A stretch of DNA of 64,000 nucleotides from Gammaproteobacteria bacterium (GTDB taxonomy: Bacteria; Pseudomonadota; Gammaproteobacteria; Competibacterales; Competibacteraceae): NCBI GenBank assembly GCA_024235135.1, contig JACKMZ010000002.1:304975-368974 (forward strand), read 5' to 3'. Shown piece by piece: positions 30,080 to 41,110 of this stretch. The notes beneath the pieces are model-generated. The model searched no databases, was not told the DNA's origin, and was given only the letters and a program-made list of their open reading frames with translations. The position numbers were made by a program, and so were the translations under genes. Numbering within the stretch: the first letter of the stretch is position 1; the number at the start of each line of letters is the position of its first letter.

Positions 30080-30787
30080 ATGAAAACCGCCTTAGCCATC
30101 CGTCATGTCCCTTTCGAAGATCTGGGATCGTTTGCCGGGCCGTTGCAGAATCTCGGCTATCGGGTGGATTATCTGGAAGCGGGTTTGACCGATTTCGGCG
30201 CTATCGATCCCTTGCGAACCGATGTGCTGATCGTGCTGGGTGGGCCCATAGGCGTCAACGATCAGGCCGAATATCCGTTTCTGCGGGATGAACTGCATTT
30301 GTTGGAACAACGGCTGGACGCCCATCGGCCCACGCTGGGAATTTGTCTGGGCAGCCAATTGATGGCCCATGCCTTGGGGGCGGCGGTTTATCCAGCCTCC
30401 CAAAAGGAATTGGGCTGGGAACCTATTCAATTGAGCGAAGCTGGGCGTGGCTCCGCTTTGCGCCATCTCGACTCTAGTCTGACACCGGTGTTGCACTGGC
30501 ATGGCGATACTTTCGATCTTCCGGACGGCGCGCAACGCCTGGCGTCCACGGCGATCTGCCCCAATCAGGCATTTTCCTGGGGTGCGGCGGCTTTGGCCTT
30601 GCAGTTTCATCCCGAGGCGACACGCTTGGGATTGGAACGCTGGTTTATCGGCCATACGTTGGAAATTCACACCACGCCGGGCGTTTCGGTCTCGACCTTG
30701 CGCGCGGATACGGCCTGTTACGGCAAGACCTTGGAAGTTCAAGGCGTCCGTTTGATGGATGAGTGGTTGCGGAGCCTCGCGCAATAA
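30080..30787 (+). CDS. Class I glutamine amidotransferase-like protein
   Basis: It has the catalytic Cys block 'GICLGSQL' and a His region 'LQFHPE'. A GGAGAA ribosome-binding site precedes the ATG at 30080. Confidence 0.7.
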   Translation: MKTALAIRHVPFEDLGSFAGPLQNLGYRVDYLEAGLTDFGAIDPLRTDVLIVLGGPIGVNDQAEYPFLRDELHLLEQRLDAHRPTLGICLGSQLMAHALGAAVYPASQKELGWEPIQLSEAGRGSALRHLDSSLTPVLHWHGDTFDLPDGAQRLASTAICPNQAFSWGAAALALQFHPEATRLGLERWFIGHTLEIHTTPGVSVSTLRADTACYGKTLEVQGVRLMDEWLRSLAQ

Positions 30788-31364
30788 GGAGGGATTGGCG
30801 GTTTGGCCTGGGTTGCCGAAACAAGCATGGACCGCCAGTTCCATGCTGAAGCGATCTCCCATTGGCCGACGTTTGACCCTTTGGAAATCTCTCGGCTAGG
30901 CTATGTTCCGGGTAGCGATCAAACGCCGGTCAGCGGTTCGGGCTCGGTATGCCCGTCCGGCGCGCTAGGCCCTAGTTGGCTGGCGTGTACCCATCGGCGC
31001 GAGATCCTTATCCGCGATCGTTTCTCAAACAAACGACAAACTGGGAGCCTTCGGGCGTGGTTCGACTCCACACTTAGGGCGTTAAATCAACGTTCCAACC
31101 CGTGGCCGTCTCCAGAACGATCGTCGGGCCGCCTGGCGGTTCGATGGCCGTTACGGCAGCGCCAAGGCCCCGCGTGGCAGTGGGTACGTTATACCCGGTT
31201 GCATCCCACCGGCGGATTCAAACCCGACATCACCGGCCCAGGGTCGGCGGTTCGGGGGCGGTACGCGGGCCGGGTGGAATCCGGTACAGCGCAAACTGTC
31301 GCCCGCCGCCGTGCTGTGGGGGCGGCCACACTAATCTGCAAGAGCAACGGAGATCAAGGGAAGT

Positions 31365-32636
31365 ATGAGCAGCATGGGACTCAAGCGGCTTGCCGAAGTG
31401 GAAGCCGCCATCGCCCAACGCCGAGCGGGGTCGGGGACTCCAATCACGGTGTTCACGACCGGTTCAAGCGGTCGCCAAGCGGCGGCCAGTCAGAAAACCG
31501 TGCTGTTTCGCGTCTTCATCGTGCGCAAAAACGAACGGGGCCTGTTGTTCGAGAACGGCGATTTCAGCGCCTTCCTGGAGCCGGGGAAATACCGTTTTCT
31601 CGATCCCTTGCGCAAAGTGAGCCTCCAGTTGTTCGATCTCTCCGTGCCGGAATTCGAGCATCCTCTGACGGATTTCCTGCTCAAGCACCATGCCGAGACA
31701 ATGGCGCGCTATTTCGACACGGTCGAGTTGGCTGTCCAGCAGGTCGCGCTGGTCTACAAGAACGGCCGTTTGGCCGATATTCTGCCGCCTTCCAGCCGTA
31801 CCCTGTTTTGGCGTGGCGTGGTGGAGGTGCGCACCGATTGCATCGATATGGCCGAGAATCCGGTCATCGCGCCCGAGCAGGCGGCGTGGCTGGTGCACGC
31901 GACTGAGCCTACGCTGCGCGCGGCCGTGGAACGATCCGTCTATAGTCGTGAAGTGCCCGAACATCATCTGGGGTTGCTTTATGTCGATGGCCGATGCCAG
32001 AAGACGCTGGAACCGGGACTGCACGCCTATTGGCGGCACAACCGATCCATCGCCATCGATCTCGTGGATACCCGCCTGCAGGACCTGGAGGTGTCCGGCC
32101 AGGAAATTCTGACCAAGGACAAGGTGAACCTGCGCATCAATCTTGCCGCCAGTTACCGTCTGATGGACGTTTTGCGCACCTTGAGCGTGTTACCGAAACC
32201 GGCGGAGTTCCTGTATCGGGAATTGCAGTTCGGATTGCGGGCGGTGGTCGGCACGCGCACGCTCGACGAGTTGCTGGAGAACAAGAACCTCATCGACGAA
32301 GGCGTACTTGCCCATATTCAAACCAAAACCGCCGAGCTGGGTATCGAAATCGCCAGCGTCGGCGTCAAGGACATCATTCTGCCCGGCGATATGAAAACCT
32401 TGCTCGGCAAGGTGGTCGAGGCGGAGAAAGCCGCCCAAGCCAATATCATTCGTCGCCGCGAGGAGACCGCCGCGACGCGCTCTCTGCTCAATACCGCGAA
32501 AGTGATGGAGGAAAACCCCACGGCCTTGCGTTTGAAGGAACTGGAAACCCTGGAGAAAGTGGTCGAGAAAGTGGGAAATCTTTCGGTCTATGGCGGTTTG
32601 GACGGGTTGCTGAAGGAACTGATCAAGCTGCGCTAA
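31365..32636 (+). CDS. SPFH/Band-7 domain protein with a ~200 aa N-terminal region of unknown function
   Basis: The C-terminal half ('KDKVNLRINLAASYRLMD...') is stomatin/flotillin-like. No TM segment is evident. Confidence 0.65.
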   Translation: MSSMGLKRLAEVEAAIAQRRAGSGTPITVFTTGSSGRQAAASQKTVLFRVFIVRKNERGLLFENGDFSAFLEPGKYRFLDPLRKVSLQLFDLSVPEFEHPLTDFLLKHHAETMARYFDTVELAVQQVALVYKNGRLADILPPSSRTLFWRGVVEVRTDCIDMAENPVIAPEQAAWLVHATEPTLRAAVERSVYSREVPEHHLGLLYVDGRCQKTLEPGLHAYWRHNRSIAIDLVDTRLQDLEVSGQEILTKDKVNLRINLAASYRLMDVLRTLSVLPKPAEFLYRELQFGLRAVVGTRTLDELLENKNLIDEGVLAHIQTKTAELGIEIASVGVKDIILPGDMKTLLGKVVEAEKAAQANIIRRREETAATRSLLNTAKVMEENPTALRLKELETLEKVVEKVGNLSVYGGLDGLLKELIKLR

Positions 32637-32731
32637 AGCGGAGTATCCATGATGCGGCTGGCGGGATGCCGGACATTCTTCGATCCGCCTGATGCACTCG
32701 GATTGATGTGCGTCGCCGTCCTCGGGCGTGT

Positions 32732-33664
32732 TTATTCCGGGTTGGGCATCTCGGCCATCCACCGATCCCAGTACGGATCGGAGCCGAACCGTTCGATCAG
32801 GAAATCCACGAAAGTGCGGACCTTGGCCGAGAGATGTCGACGTGCCGGATACACCGCAAAGATTTTCCGCTCCAGCGGTTTGAACGCCGGCAAAGGTATC
32901 AGCCGGCCCGCGGCCAGATCCTCGCCGATCAGATCGGTGGGCAGATTCACGATGCCATTGCCGGCTAAAGCGGCTACCCGCAACGCTTCCCCGCTATTGG
33001 AACTGAAGCTCCCGGATACGCGGACCCGTTGCCGATCATGGCCGGTATCCAAGAGCCAATCGCCGGCCATCGGGGATTCGGCGGCCACTAAACAATTGTG
33101 TTGTGCAAACTCGCTGAAATGGCGGGGTGACCCCCACTTTTTCAGGTATTCCGGGGCGGCGCAGGCAACGAAATGTAGGCGGGTGATCGGGCGGGCGATC
33201 AGTGTCGAGGGCGGCAATTCCGTACTGGCCGCGCGTATGGACAGATCGTAGCCTTCCTCGATCGGATCGATGATGCGATCCCGCAGAATCAATTCCACAT
33301 TGACTTGGGGATACCGGTCCGAGTAGCCGCAAATGGCGGGCGCAATATGTTTGGCGCCGAAAGCGACCACCGCATTGACGCGCAGTTTCCCCCGCGGAGT
33401 GACGCTGGCGGCGCTAACGGCCCGTTCGGCTTCCTCCAGGTCGCTCAAGATCTGCGCGCAGCGTTCGTAATAGGCCCTACCGCTTTCGGTCAGACTCAAG
33501 CGGCGGGTCGTTCGGTTGAGTAGCCGACTTCCCAAACGATCCTCCAGCGCCATGACATGCTTGCTCACCATGGCCGGGGAAAGTTCCAGCCGTTCGGCGG
33601 CTGCGGCGAAACTGTTCGATTCCACCACTTGCCGGAAGACCTTCATGCTCAACAGCGTATCCAT
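32732..33664 (-). CDS. LysR-family transcriptional regulator
   Basis: It has an N-terminal HTH ('FAAAAERLELSPAMVSKHVMALEDRLG') and a LysR substrate-binding domain. Confidence 0.85.
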   Translation of the reverse strand: MDTLLSMKVFRQVVESNSFAAAAERLELSPAMVSKHVMALEDRLGSRLLNRTTRRLSLTESGRAYYERCAQILSDLEEAERAVSAASVTPRGKLRVNAVVAFGAKHIAPAICGYSDRYPQVNVELILRDRIIDPIEEGYDLSIRAASTELPPSTLIARPITRLHFVACAAPEYLKKWGSPRHFSEFAQHNCLVAAESPMAGDWLLDTGHDRQRVRVSGSFSSNSGEALRVAALAGNGIVNLPTDLIGEDLAAGRLIPLPAFKPLERKIFAVYPARRHLSAKVRTFVDFLIERFGSDPYWDRWMAEMPNPE

Positions 33665-33809
33665 GCTATCTCTATTATTTACCAGAATGAAATTGTTTAT
33701 TGCATAACAGGCAGTTTATTAATTAATTGTCAATTGGCAAGATGCTCCCATCGACTTCATAGTCGCTCATCCCCCTACACTTCGCACGGCTCGAACAAGG
33801 AGAATTTCC

Positions 33810-34217
33810 ATGACTACAACCGCCACGACGCCTTATGCCGCCCTTTTGCTGCGGGTCAGCTTGGGCGTCCTGTTCATTGCGCATGCCTTGCTCAAACTCC
33901 TGGTCTTCACTTTGCCGGGCACCGTCCAGTATTTCGCTTCCCTGGGCTTGCCTGGGCCATTGGCCTATCTGGTGTTCGCCGCCGAACTCAGTGGCGGCGT
34001 GCTGCTGGTGCTCGGTGTCTATACCCGTTGGGTGGCATTGGCTTTGGTGCCGATCATGGTGGGAGCCACATCGGTCCATATCGGCAACGGCTGGGTGTTT
34101 TCCAGTGCCGGAGGAGGCTGGGAATTTCCGGTTTACTGGACGGTGACCCTGTTCGTGCAGTTTCTGCTCGGCGATGGCGCGTTGGCGCTCAAACCGTCCG
34201 CAGCTGAGCGATCCTGA
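33810..34217 (+). CDS. DoxX family membrane protein
   Basis: It is 135 aa with 4 TM segments and a DoxX-like pattern. Confidence 0.65.
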   Translation: MTTTATTPYAALLLRVSLGVLFIAHALLKLLVFTLPGTVQYFASLGLPGPLAYLVFAAELSGGVLLVLGVYTRWVALALVPIMVGATSVHIGNGWVFSSAGGGWEFPVYWTVTLFVQFLLGDGALALKPSAAERS

Positions 34218-34274
34218 ACCCCCGCGTTTGGGCTCGATCCATCTGTTGATTCTGGTCGTTGGGAGTCTTCGTCA

Positions 34275-35081
34275 ATGAATGCAATACCAACCCTGTTTGT
34301 CTCCCACGGTTCGCCGTTGCTGGCCTTGGAGGACGGGCCGGCGCGGCGGTTTCTCGGCGAACTCGGCAAACAACTGCCCAGGCCGTCAGCGATTCTGGCC
34401 GTCTCCGCACATTGGCAGGATCGCCGGCCCACCGTGAGCTTTGCCGATCAACCGGAAACGATTCATGACTTCGGTGGTTTTCCGGATGCGCTGTATCAAC
34501 TGCACTATCCCGTGCCGGGCGCTCCCGCCCTGGCGGAGGAAACGGCGAATCTGCTGGAAAAAGCCGGCTTCGAGGTGGGCCACAACCTCTCGCGGGGACT
34601 CGATCACGGGGCCTGGGCGCCGCTTCGTTTGATGTATCCGGCCGGGGAGATACCCGTGACCCAACTGGCGCTGCTCCACGGCGCCGGACCACGCGAACAC
34701 TATGAGTTGGGGGCGGCATTGCGGCCGTTGCACGCGCAGGGCGTGCTGATCGTCGGATCGGGTTCCATGACCCACAACCTCTATCGGCTAATGGGAAATG
34801 ACGGGGCTGAATCAGCGCCCCGTTGGGTGAGCGAGTTCGCCGAATGGATCGCGGCCAGGCTGCGCACGGGAGATATCGAGGCGTTGCTCGATTACCGGCG
34901 GCAAGCACCGCATGCCGCTGACAATCACCCGACGGAAGAACACCTGCTGCCCTTGTTCGTGGCCTTGGGCGCCGCCGGTGAAGACGCGATCGCGAGGCGT
35001 TTGCACGCCAGTTATACCTATGGCGTGTTGGCGATGGACGCTTATGCTTTCGATGGTTCCGATGAGGAAACGGTGGTCTGA
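34275..35081 (+). CDS. Class III extradiol ring-cleavage dioxygenase (4,5-DOPA-dioxygenase/YgiD-like)
   Basis: 'LFVSHGSPLLAL', 'SAHW' and 'GSGSMTHN' match YgiD/LigB-type dioxygenases. Confidence 0.75.
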   Translation: MNAIPTLFVSHGSPLLALEDGPARRFLGELGKQLPRPSAILAVSAHWQDRRPTVSFADQPETIHDFGGFPDALYQLHYPVPGAPALAEETANLLEKAGFEVGHNLSRGLDHGAWAPLRLMYPAGEIPVTQLALLHGAGPREHYELGAALRPLHAQGVLIVGSGSMTHNLYRLMGNDGAESAPRWVSEFAEWIAARLRTGDIEALLDYRRQAPHAADNHPTEEHLLPLFVALGAAGEDAIARRLHASYTYGVLAMDAYAFDGSDEETVV

Positions 35082-35085
35082 CTGT

Positions 35086-36018
35086 TTAAAGCCGATAACC
35101 GAAATTCTCTGAGAATCGCTCGCGAAATTCATCCCAATCGAAGCGATGGTTCTGCGTGCCGGGTTTCTCGATTTTATAAGCGCCCGCCAGAGCGGCGATG
35201 CGTCCCGTGGTTTCCCAGTCCAGGCCACGCATCATGCCGTATAGCAGTCCCGCCCGGTAGGCATCCCCGCAGCCGGTGGGATCGACGACTTCCTTGGCTA
35301 GCGCCGCTGGAATGTCGATGCGCGCGTCCGCTGTTTGGATATACGAGCCATTGACGCCACAGGTCACAATCAAGGCCCGCACGCGCGGCGCGATTTCAGC
35401 CGCCGACAGCCCCGTTCGTTCCTGAATCAAGGCGAATTCGTAATCGTTCACCGTGACCCAGTCGGCTTGTTCGATCATGGCGATCAGATCGTCGCCGTTG
35501 AACAGCGGCATGGCCTGACCGGGGTCGAAAATGAAGGGAATGCCCGCGGCCTGGAACTGCCGGGCATGAGCCAGCATGCCCTCGCGGCTGTCCGGCGACA
35601 CCATGCCCAGGGTGATGCCGGCGCTATCCGGCACGGCCACTTGCGCGGAAAAGGCCATGGCGCCGGGATGAAAGGCCGTGATCTGGTTGTCGTCCAGGTC
35701 GGACGTGATGTACGCCTGCGCGGTGTAACTGCCCGGCACCGTCTCGATATATCGTCGGTCTATGCACTGACTGTCCAACCATTGCGCGTAAGGGGCGAAA
35801 TCCTCCCCTACCGTGCCCAAGGGATAGCCCGAGCCACCCAACAACTTGAGCGTGTAGGCGACATTGCCGGCGCAGCCGCCGAACTCCCTGCGGAGCGTCG
35901 GCACCAGAAACGACACGTTCAGCATGTGTACCTTGTCGGGCAGGATGTGATTCTTGAAGTGATCCTGAAACACCATGATCACGTCAAAAGCCAGGGAACC
36001 GCAGATTAAAGCAGCCAT
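35086..36018 (-). CDS. PfkB-family carbohydrate/nucleoside kinase
   Basis: It has the N-terminal 'GGCAGNVAYTL' and C-terminal 'DPTGCGDAYRAG' signatures. The ATG at 36018 has a GAGGAT ribosome-binding site. Confidence 0.75.
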   Translation of the reverse strand: MAALICGSLAFDVIMVFQDHFKNHILPDKVHMLNVSFLVPTLRREFGGCAGNVAYTLKLLGGSGYPLGTVGEDFAPYAQWLDSQCIDRRYIETVPGSYTAQAYITSDLDDNQITAFHPGAMAFSAQVAVPDSAGITLGMVSPDSREGMLAHARQFQAAGIPFIFDPGQAMPLFNGDDLIAMIEQADWVTVNDYEFALIQERTGLSAAEIAPRVRALIVTCGVNGSYIQTADARIDIPAALAKEVVDPTGCGDAYRAGLLYGMMRGLDWETTGRIAALAGAYKIEKPGTQNHRFDWDEFRERFSENFGYRL

Positions 36019-36031
36019 AGAGCGTATATCC

Positions 36032-36409
36032 TCAATCCCATAACAGGAGAATCCAGACCACGCTGGCATTGACCAGCGATACGAATACCGCCGCCGAACC
36101 GATATCCTTGGCCCGTCCAGACAACTCGTGACGTTCCGGACCGATGCGGTCCACCACGGCTTCGATGCCGGAGTTGACCAGTTCCGCGAAGATGATCAAC
36201 AGCAGGCTGCCGATCAATAACACCCGTTCCACGCCGTCGTTGCCCAGCCACAGGGCGAGGGGCGTAAGAATCAGGCACAACAGCGCCTCCTGGCGAAACG
36301 CTTCTTCGTTACGCCAGACGGCCTTGAGTCCAGCCCAGGAATAACCGGTGGCGTTAAGCAGACGGCGCAGGCCGCGATGCGGTTGATTGGCCATCATCCG
36401 GCCCGGCAA
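36032..36409 (-). CDS. dgkA: Diacylglycerol kinase
   Basis: It is about 120 aa, 3-TM, with the 'ELVNSGIEAVVDRIG' block. Confidence 0.8.
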   Translation of the reverse strand: MPGRMMANQPHRGLRRLLNATGYSWAGLKAVWRNEEAFRQEALLCLILTPLALWLGNDGVERVLLIGSLLLIIFAELVNSGIEAVVDRIGPERHELSGRAKDIGSAAVFVSLVNASVVWILLLWD

Positions 36410-36505
36410 TGGGTCCCGCGCGGCGATGTATCCGCACGGGATGGGTGGCGACGCGATGGAGCGCGGGCATGGTGGCGACGCGGTGCGATGAGTGCCGTGC
36501 AGCGT

Positions 36506-37006
36506 TCAAGCCAGCGCTTTCAGAGCGGCATCGTAATCGGGTTCGCTGGAGATTTCGGGGACCAATTCGGCATGCAATACTTTATTGTCGGCATCCAGGA
36601 CGACCACGGCGCGGGCGGTGATGCCGGCTAGCGGGCCGTCGGTCAGCAGTACGCCGTAATCCTTGGCGAAGTTGCGCGAACGCATCATGGACAGCGGGAC
36701 GACGTTTTCCAGTTTCTCGCCGGTGCAGAAACGTCCCTGGGCGAAAGGCAGATCGGAGGAAATGATCAACACTACCGTATCGGGATGGGCCTTGGCGTGT
36801 TCGTTGAATTTCCGGGTGGAAATGGCGCAGACCGGTGTGTCCAGACTGGGCACGATGTTCAACAGTTTTTTCTTGTCCGCGTAACTGGCCAGGTTGACGT
36901 CCGTCAGCGCGCCATTCACCAGATGCAAATCGGGGGCCTGGGCGCCTACGGCCGGTAGGTCGCCGTTGGTGTGAATCTCCGTGCCTTTGAATGTGATGCT
37001 TGCCAT
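36506..37006 (-). CDS. tpx: Thiol peroxidase
   Basis: It carries the peroxidatic Cys in '[14 protein letters not shown]' and has Tpx length. The start is at 'MASITFKG'. Confidence 0.85.
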   Translation of the reverse strand: MASITFKGTEIHTNGDLPAVGAQAPDLHLVNGALTDVNLASYADKKKLLNIVPSLDTPVCAISTRKFNEHAKAHPDTVVLIISSDLPFAQGRFCTGEKLENVVPLSMMRSRNFAKDYGVLLTDGPLAGITARAVVVLDADNKVLHAELVPEISSEPDYDAALKALA

Positions 37007-37042
37007 GTTGGGGTAACCTCCGCGTGTGGGTGGAATCGTCAA

Positions 37043-37429
37043 CTATTCGACGGCGGCTTCGAGTTCGGCATAGGCCACCGCGTCCATCAACTGGTCCAGG
37101 TTGTCGCTGGGCGTCAGACGGAACAGCCAGCCTTCGCCATAGGGGTCCTGGTTGATGGTTTCCGGGGTATCGACCAAGGTCGCGTTGGCCTCCGCCACAG
37201 TGCCGTCCAGTGGGCAATAAATATCGGATGCCGCTTTGACCGATTCCACCACGGCGCATTCCTCGCCGGCTTTCAATTTCCGTCCCACTTCGGGTAGCTC
37301 GACGAAAACCATGTCCCCTAGTTGCGCCTGGGCGTGGTCGGTTATACCCACGGTGACCGTACCGTCACTCTCTTGGCGGACCCACTCATGCGTGGTGGTA
37401 TATTTCAGATTGGAGGGAATGTGACTCAT
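37043..37429 (-). CDS. gcvH: Glycine cleavage system H protein
   Basis: It has the lipoyl-lysine motif 'ESVKAASD'. The start is at '[10 protein letters not shown]'. Confidence 0.9.
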   Translation of the reverse strand: MSHIPSNLKYTTTHEWVRQESDGTVTVGITDHAQAQLGDMVFVELPEVGRKLKAGEECAVVESVKAASDIYCPLDGTVAEANATLVDTPETINQDPYGEGWLFRLTPSDNLDQLMDAVAYAELEAAVE

Positions 37430-37439
37430 GGGTGACTCC

Positions 37440-38546
37440 CTATACAGGTGGAGCGGAAGGCAGTCCAATCAAGCAATGGCCGTGGCGCACGAAGGGCGGT
37501 TTCACGACCAGGGCCGGGCAATATCGGCTGCGTACGTCCACTTGGCAATATGCGCCAATATCGGCGGGTACGCGAGCCAAACCGATGGCGCGTCCCAGCG
37601 TCGGCGAGAAGGTGCCGCTGGTGACGATACCGGTAGCGCCACTGGGTGCGACCACCCGCTGTCGGGCGCGAAGCATGCCGCGTTCTTCCAGCACCAAGCC
37701 GATCTGGACGGTTTTGACTTTGTCTTGGCGTTGCTTTTCCAGCGCCGAGCGCCCGATGAATTTACGGTCCGTCGGCTCCCAGGCGACGCTCCAGCCCAGA
37801 CCGCAGACCAGCGGTGAGGTACTTTCATCCATCTCGTTGCCATACAGATTCAACCCGGCTTCCAGACGCAGGGAATCCCGGGCGCCCAGGCCACAGGGTT
37901 GGATACCGGCGTTCAGGAGTCGTTCCCACGATGCGGTGACGGCCGTCGCGGGTAATATGATTTCTATCCCATCTTCGCCCGTGTAGCCGGTACGGGAAAT
38001 AATACGGTCCTGTTCATCCAAAAACTGAAAGGGGCGCAAAGCCTGTACCTGCTGTCCCGTATCGGACCCCAACGCTTCACCGAGCAGGGCCACGGCTTGC
38101 GGTCCCTGCACCGCTAATATGGCCACGTCCAGGCGTTCTCGCAGGTCAGCCTCGAAACCACGGATCTGCTGATTCAGCCAGGCTATCGTCTTGTCGTGGG
38201 TCCCTGCGTTGGCCACCACGATGTAGCCGGCCTCGCCCCGGTCATACACCACCACGCCATCGAGTATGCCGCCGGTCTTGCTGAGTATGCAGCTGTACAA
38301 GGACTGGCCCGGCTGCAACCGGGCGACGTCATTCGCCAGTACATAACGCAGAAAAGCCCGCGCTTCCAGACCTTTCACTTCCAAAAGGGTCATGTGCGAT
38401 ACATCGAAGACGCCCGCGCCTTGACGGACCTGAGCGTGTTCATGTAACTGCGAACCGTAGTGCAACGGCATCTCCCAGCCGCAGAAATCCAGCATTTTTG
38501 CTTCGCCGGAGATATGGAGATCGAACAAAGGGGTTCTTTTTGCCAT
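37440..38546 (-). CDS. gcvT: Glycine cleavage system aminomethyltransferase T
   Basis: '[11 protein letters not shown]...[17 protein letters not shown]' is the canonical GcvT N-terminus. It is adjacent to gcvH. Confidence 0.9.
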   Translation of the reverse strand: MAKRTPLFDLHISGEAKMLDFCGWEMPLHYGSQLHEHAQVRQGAGVFDVSHMTLLEVKGLEARAFLRYVLANDVARLQPGQSLYSCILSKTGGILDGVVVYDRGEAGYIVVANAGTHDKTIAWLNQQIRGFEADLRERLDVAILAVQGPQAVALLGEALGSDTGQQVQALRPFQFLDEQDRIISRTGYTGEDGIEIILPATAVTASWERLLNAGIQPCGLGARDSLRLEAGLNLYGNEMDESTSPLVCGLGWSVAWEPTDRKFIGRSALEKQRQDKVKTVQIGLVLEERGMLRARQRVVAPSGATGIVTSGTFSPTLGRAIGLARVPADIGAYCQVDVRSRYCPALVVKPPFVRHGHCLIGLPSAPPV

Positions 38547-38647
38547 AGATCCTGGTCTCGTTGAAATAGCAGTCGCTGGAGGGAATTCGTTTAAATAACC
38601 ATAAAATCGGTGTTTGCTCAACCAAACGGTGATCGATCATGCGGCCC

Positions 38648-39928
38648 TTAGGCATCCTCGGGCAGGATGTGCAAGCGATCGTCACCGTAGATATCCAGAT
38701 CCGGGGCCAGTATCTGTACGTACCGATCGAAATACAGGAACTGCTTGAGCAACAGGGCGAATTCGCGTGGAAAATGCAAGCCGTGGCGTTCGCCCACGGC
38801 GACCATGTCGAGCAAAAAACGATTGATTGGATTGTTTTTACCCAAACTGTTCAGATCGTCTTCGCTGGCAAAGTCGTCCAGGCTGTCGATCAAGGCTTCC
38901 AGGTCACGCGACAAGGCCCCCACGTCCACCGTTTCCTTGGTGATGCCGATGCGCATCATGGCTTCGGCGATGCGCTGGTAATCGGCGGCGGGAATGGCCT
39001 CCATTAGAGACGCCATGGCAGCCCAAGTATCCGGGGAAATGCGTCCGACGATGCCGAAATCGATAAAACCGATGCGTCCGTCATCCAAAACCATGAGATT
39101 GCCGGCGTGCACATCGGCATGGAAGAACTCGCAGTACAGCAGGCTGGCGAACCAGGTGTTCATCGCCGCGATCAGCGCGCCATCCGTATTCCGGGTCAGG
39201 CGGCGGATCGTTTCCAGATCGGTGAAAGGCGCCCCGTACAGGCGCTCCATGGTCAATACCCGCAACGTCGTCGCTTGCTCGTAAACCTGAGGCACGACAA
39301 CTTGATCATTACCGGAGTTCGCGAGAAACCGTCCGAAGGTCCTCAAATTATCGGCTTCCTTGAGAAAATCACATTCTTCCATCATGGTCTTTTGTATTTC
39401 CTCGACGATGGCCGAGAGCGACGCCCAGGACAGGTTGGGTTTGAGAAATTCCAGAATCCGGGCGCTCGCGTAGAGGAAATTCAGGTCGGTCAGGAGAACG
39501 TTTTGCACACCGGGTTTTTGAATCTTGATCACCACATCTTCCCCGCTGCGCAAGCGGGCCGCGTGTACCTGGGCGATCGACGCCGAGGCCAGGGGCTCCG
39601 GATCGATCTCGGCGAACAGCTTAGGCAGGGAACGACCCAATTCCTCGCGTAATACCTTTTGCATGGTTTTGAAGGGCAGCGGGTCGGTCTGATCCAGGCA
39701 ATACTGAAGCTCCTGCACATAGTCCGCGGGAAAGAAGGAAGGCGAGCTGGCCACGAATTGACCCAGTTTGATGTAGGTCGCGCCCAGTCTCTCGAACGTG
39801 CGCCGCAGCAGGCGCGGCGCGGGCGGGCGATCGCCTAGCAACCAGTTCAAACCGGTTCCGCCCAGGATCTTGGCCGTCTGCGCGATGCGCCAAGCACCCT
39901 GGAGACCGTTTCGGATCAGTGAAGCCAC
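38648..39928 (-). CDS. ABC1/UbiB-family atypical kinase
   Basis: It has the '[13 protein letters not shown]' and '[11 protein letters not shown]' kinase-like motifs. At 426 aa it is shorter than canonical UbiB. Confidence 0.7.
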   Translation of the reverse strand: MASLIRNGLQGAWRIAQTAKILGGTGLNWLLGDRPPAPRLLRRTFERLGATYIKLGQFVASSPSFFPADYVQELQYCLDQTDPLPFKTMQKVLREELGRSLPKLFAEIDPEPLASASIAQVHAARLRSGEDVVIKIQKPGVQNVLLTDLNFLYASARILEFLKPNLSWASLSAIVEEIQKTMMEECDFLKEADNLRTFGRFLANSGNDQVVVPQVYEQATTLRVLTMERLYGAPFTDLETIRRLTRNTDGALIAAMNTWFASLLYCEFFHADVHAGNLMVLDDGRIGFIDFGIVGRISPDTWAAMASLMEAIPAADYQRIAEAMMRIGITKETVDVGALSRDLEALIDSLDDFASEDDLNSLGKNNPINRFLLDMVAVGERHGLHFPREFALLLKQFLYFDRYVQILAPDLDIYGDDRLHILPEDA

Positions 39929-40081
39929 GTTAATATTCTCCCGGCCAAACCCATGTAACCATTTTGCTGCAGTGCAAAAGAATTATTGACAAGGAGTTTG
40001 GGCCGCGTCACAATGTTGTTTATGGTGCACTGCACAAAAAATGTTATTCATAAGATCGTACCTTGTTTGGAGATCATATAG

Positions 40082-40582
40082 ATGAACGATAAAACCAATC
40101 CCTTCAATCCGTTTGCCAATTTCGATTTCAGCAGCTTCGACGTCAACAAGTTGCTGGATGTCAACAAGTTGCTGGACGTCAATAAAATGTTCGCCGATAT
40201 GCGGATGCCGGGTTTCGACATCAATGCTTTGATGTCCACGCAGAAAAAAAATATCGATGCGCTGAACGCCGCCAACAAGAAGGCTGTGGAAAGTATACAG
40301 GCCATTGCCAAGCGGCAGGCGGAAATCATGGCGCAGACCATGGCCGAGGTATCCACTTCCGCGCAACAACTCGCCAATGTCGCCACCCCTCAGGAAATGA
40401 CGGCCAAACAGGCCGAGGCCGTGAAACAAGCTTTTGAAAAGGCGCTGGCCAATATGCGCGAACTCGCGGAAATGATCAGTCAGGCCAATACGGCGACCTT
40501 CTCGATTCTCAACCAACGCGTCGCTGAAAATATCGAAGAATTGAAGGGTTTGATGCCTCAGTCGGAAGCCAAGAAATCCTAA
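40082..40582 (+). CDS. Phasin-family (PHA granule-associated) protein
   Basis: It is a low-complexity, Ala/Gln-rich, amphipathic protein with a phasin-like N-terminus. It contains a 3x 18 bp in-frame tandem repeat (FDVNKLLDVNKLLDVNKMF) at 40139..40192. Confidence 0.6.
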   Translation: MNDKTNPFNPFANFDFSSFDVNKLLDVNKLLDVNKMFADMRMPGFDINALMSTQKKNIDALNAANKKAVESIQAIAKRQAEIMAQTMAEVSTSAQQLANVATPQEMTAKQAEAVKQAFEKALANMRELAEMISQANTATFSILNQRVAENIEELKGLMPQSEAKKS

Positions 40583-41110
40583 ATCCTGAACTTCTCCTAA
40601 TCAGCCGCCTAGGCGAGGTTATCTGACGATCCATGCCTGGCCGGGGGGGCGATAGAGCCCGACAGGACTTCCGCTGCGTGCTAATTGTCGCGGAAGTCCG
40701 GGGTATCGATTAATGCCGTTCTCCCTTCCTTCCTCTCTCCAGTTCGTCTCAATTACAATCCGGAAGGCTCGTCGGCGCGAGTCCATCTGTGGCCGGGCTT
40801 GCTTTTGTGGGCGCGCGTTTAAGCTTGATCGGTATAACACGGCATCGTGTTAATTTCTGATAGTTTCTGTCAACAATTGAATAAATTAGCTAAAATATAA
40901 ATTCAAGCATTGATCAGGATTCAGGTTGGATCTACGGCCCCGCAATGAACTTTAGCGGGGTCCAAGAAGCAGCAGGATAACCAGGTGATTTATGAATCGG
41001 CCGGTGCTGCGGGACGGTGACACCGGTTTGATGGACTAGCCGCCATCCTTAACCATATTTTTTCCTACTCCACGGAATTTGCTGCGGTTGCTTTCGATCG
41101 CGGGCAACGG

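Noticed and set aside
31040-31260. Possible tRNA or tmRNA in the GC-rich gap, based on a GGTTCGACTCC T-loop-like motif and a tag-like 'aaacgacaaact' stretch
   Set aside because: No acceptor stem or full cloverleaf could be assembled by eye. A resume-codon or tag reading frame did not hold up.
30803-31906. A 367 aa plus-strand ORF spanning the intergenic region and the SPFH gene start
   Set aside because: Its composition is not protein-like, and it overlaps the SPFH gene in another frame. It is treated as non-coding (see the finding on the long leader).
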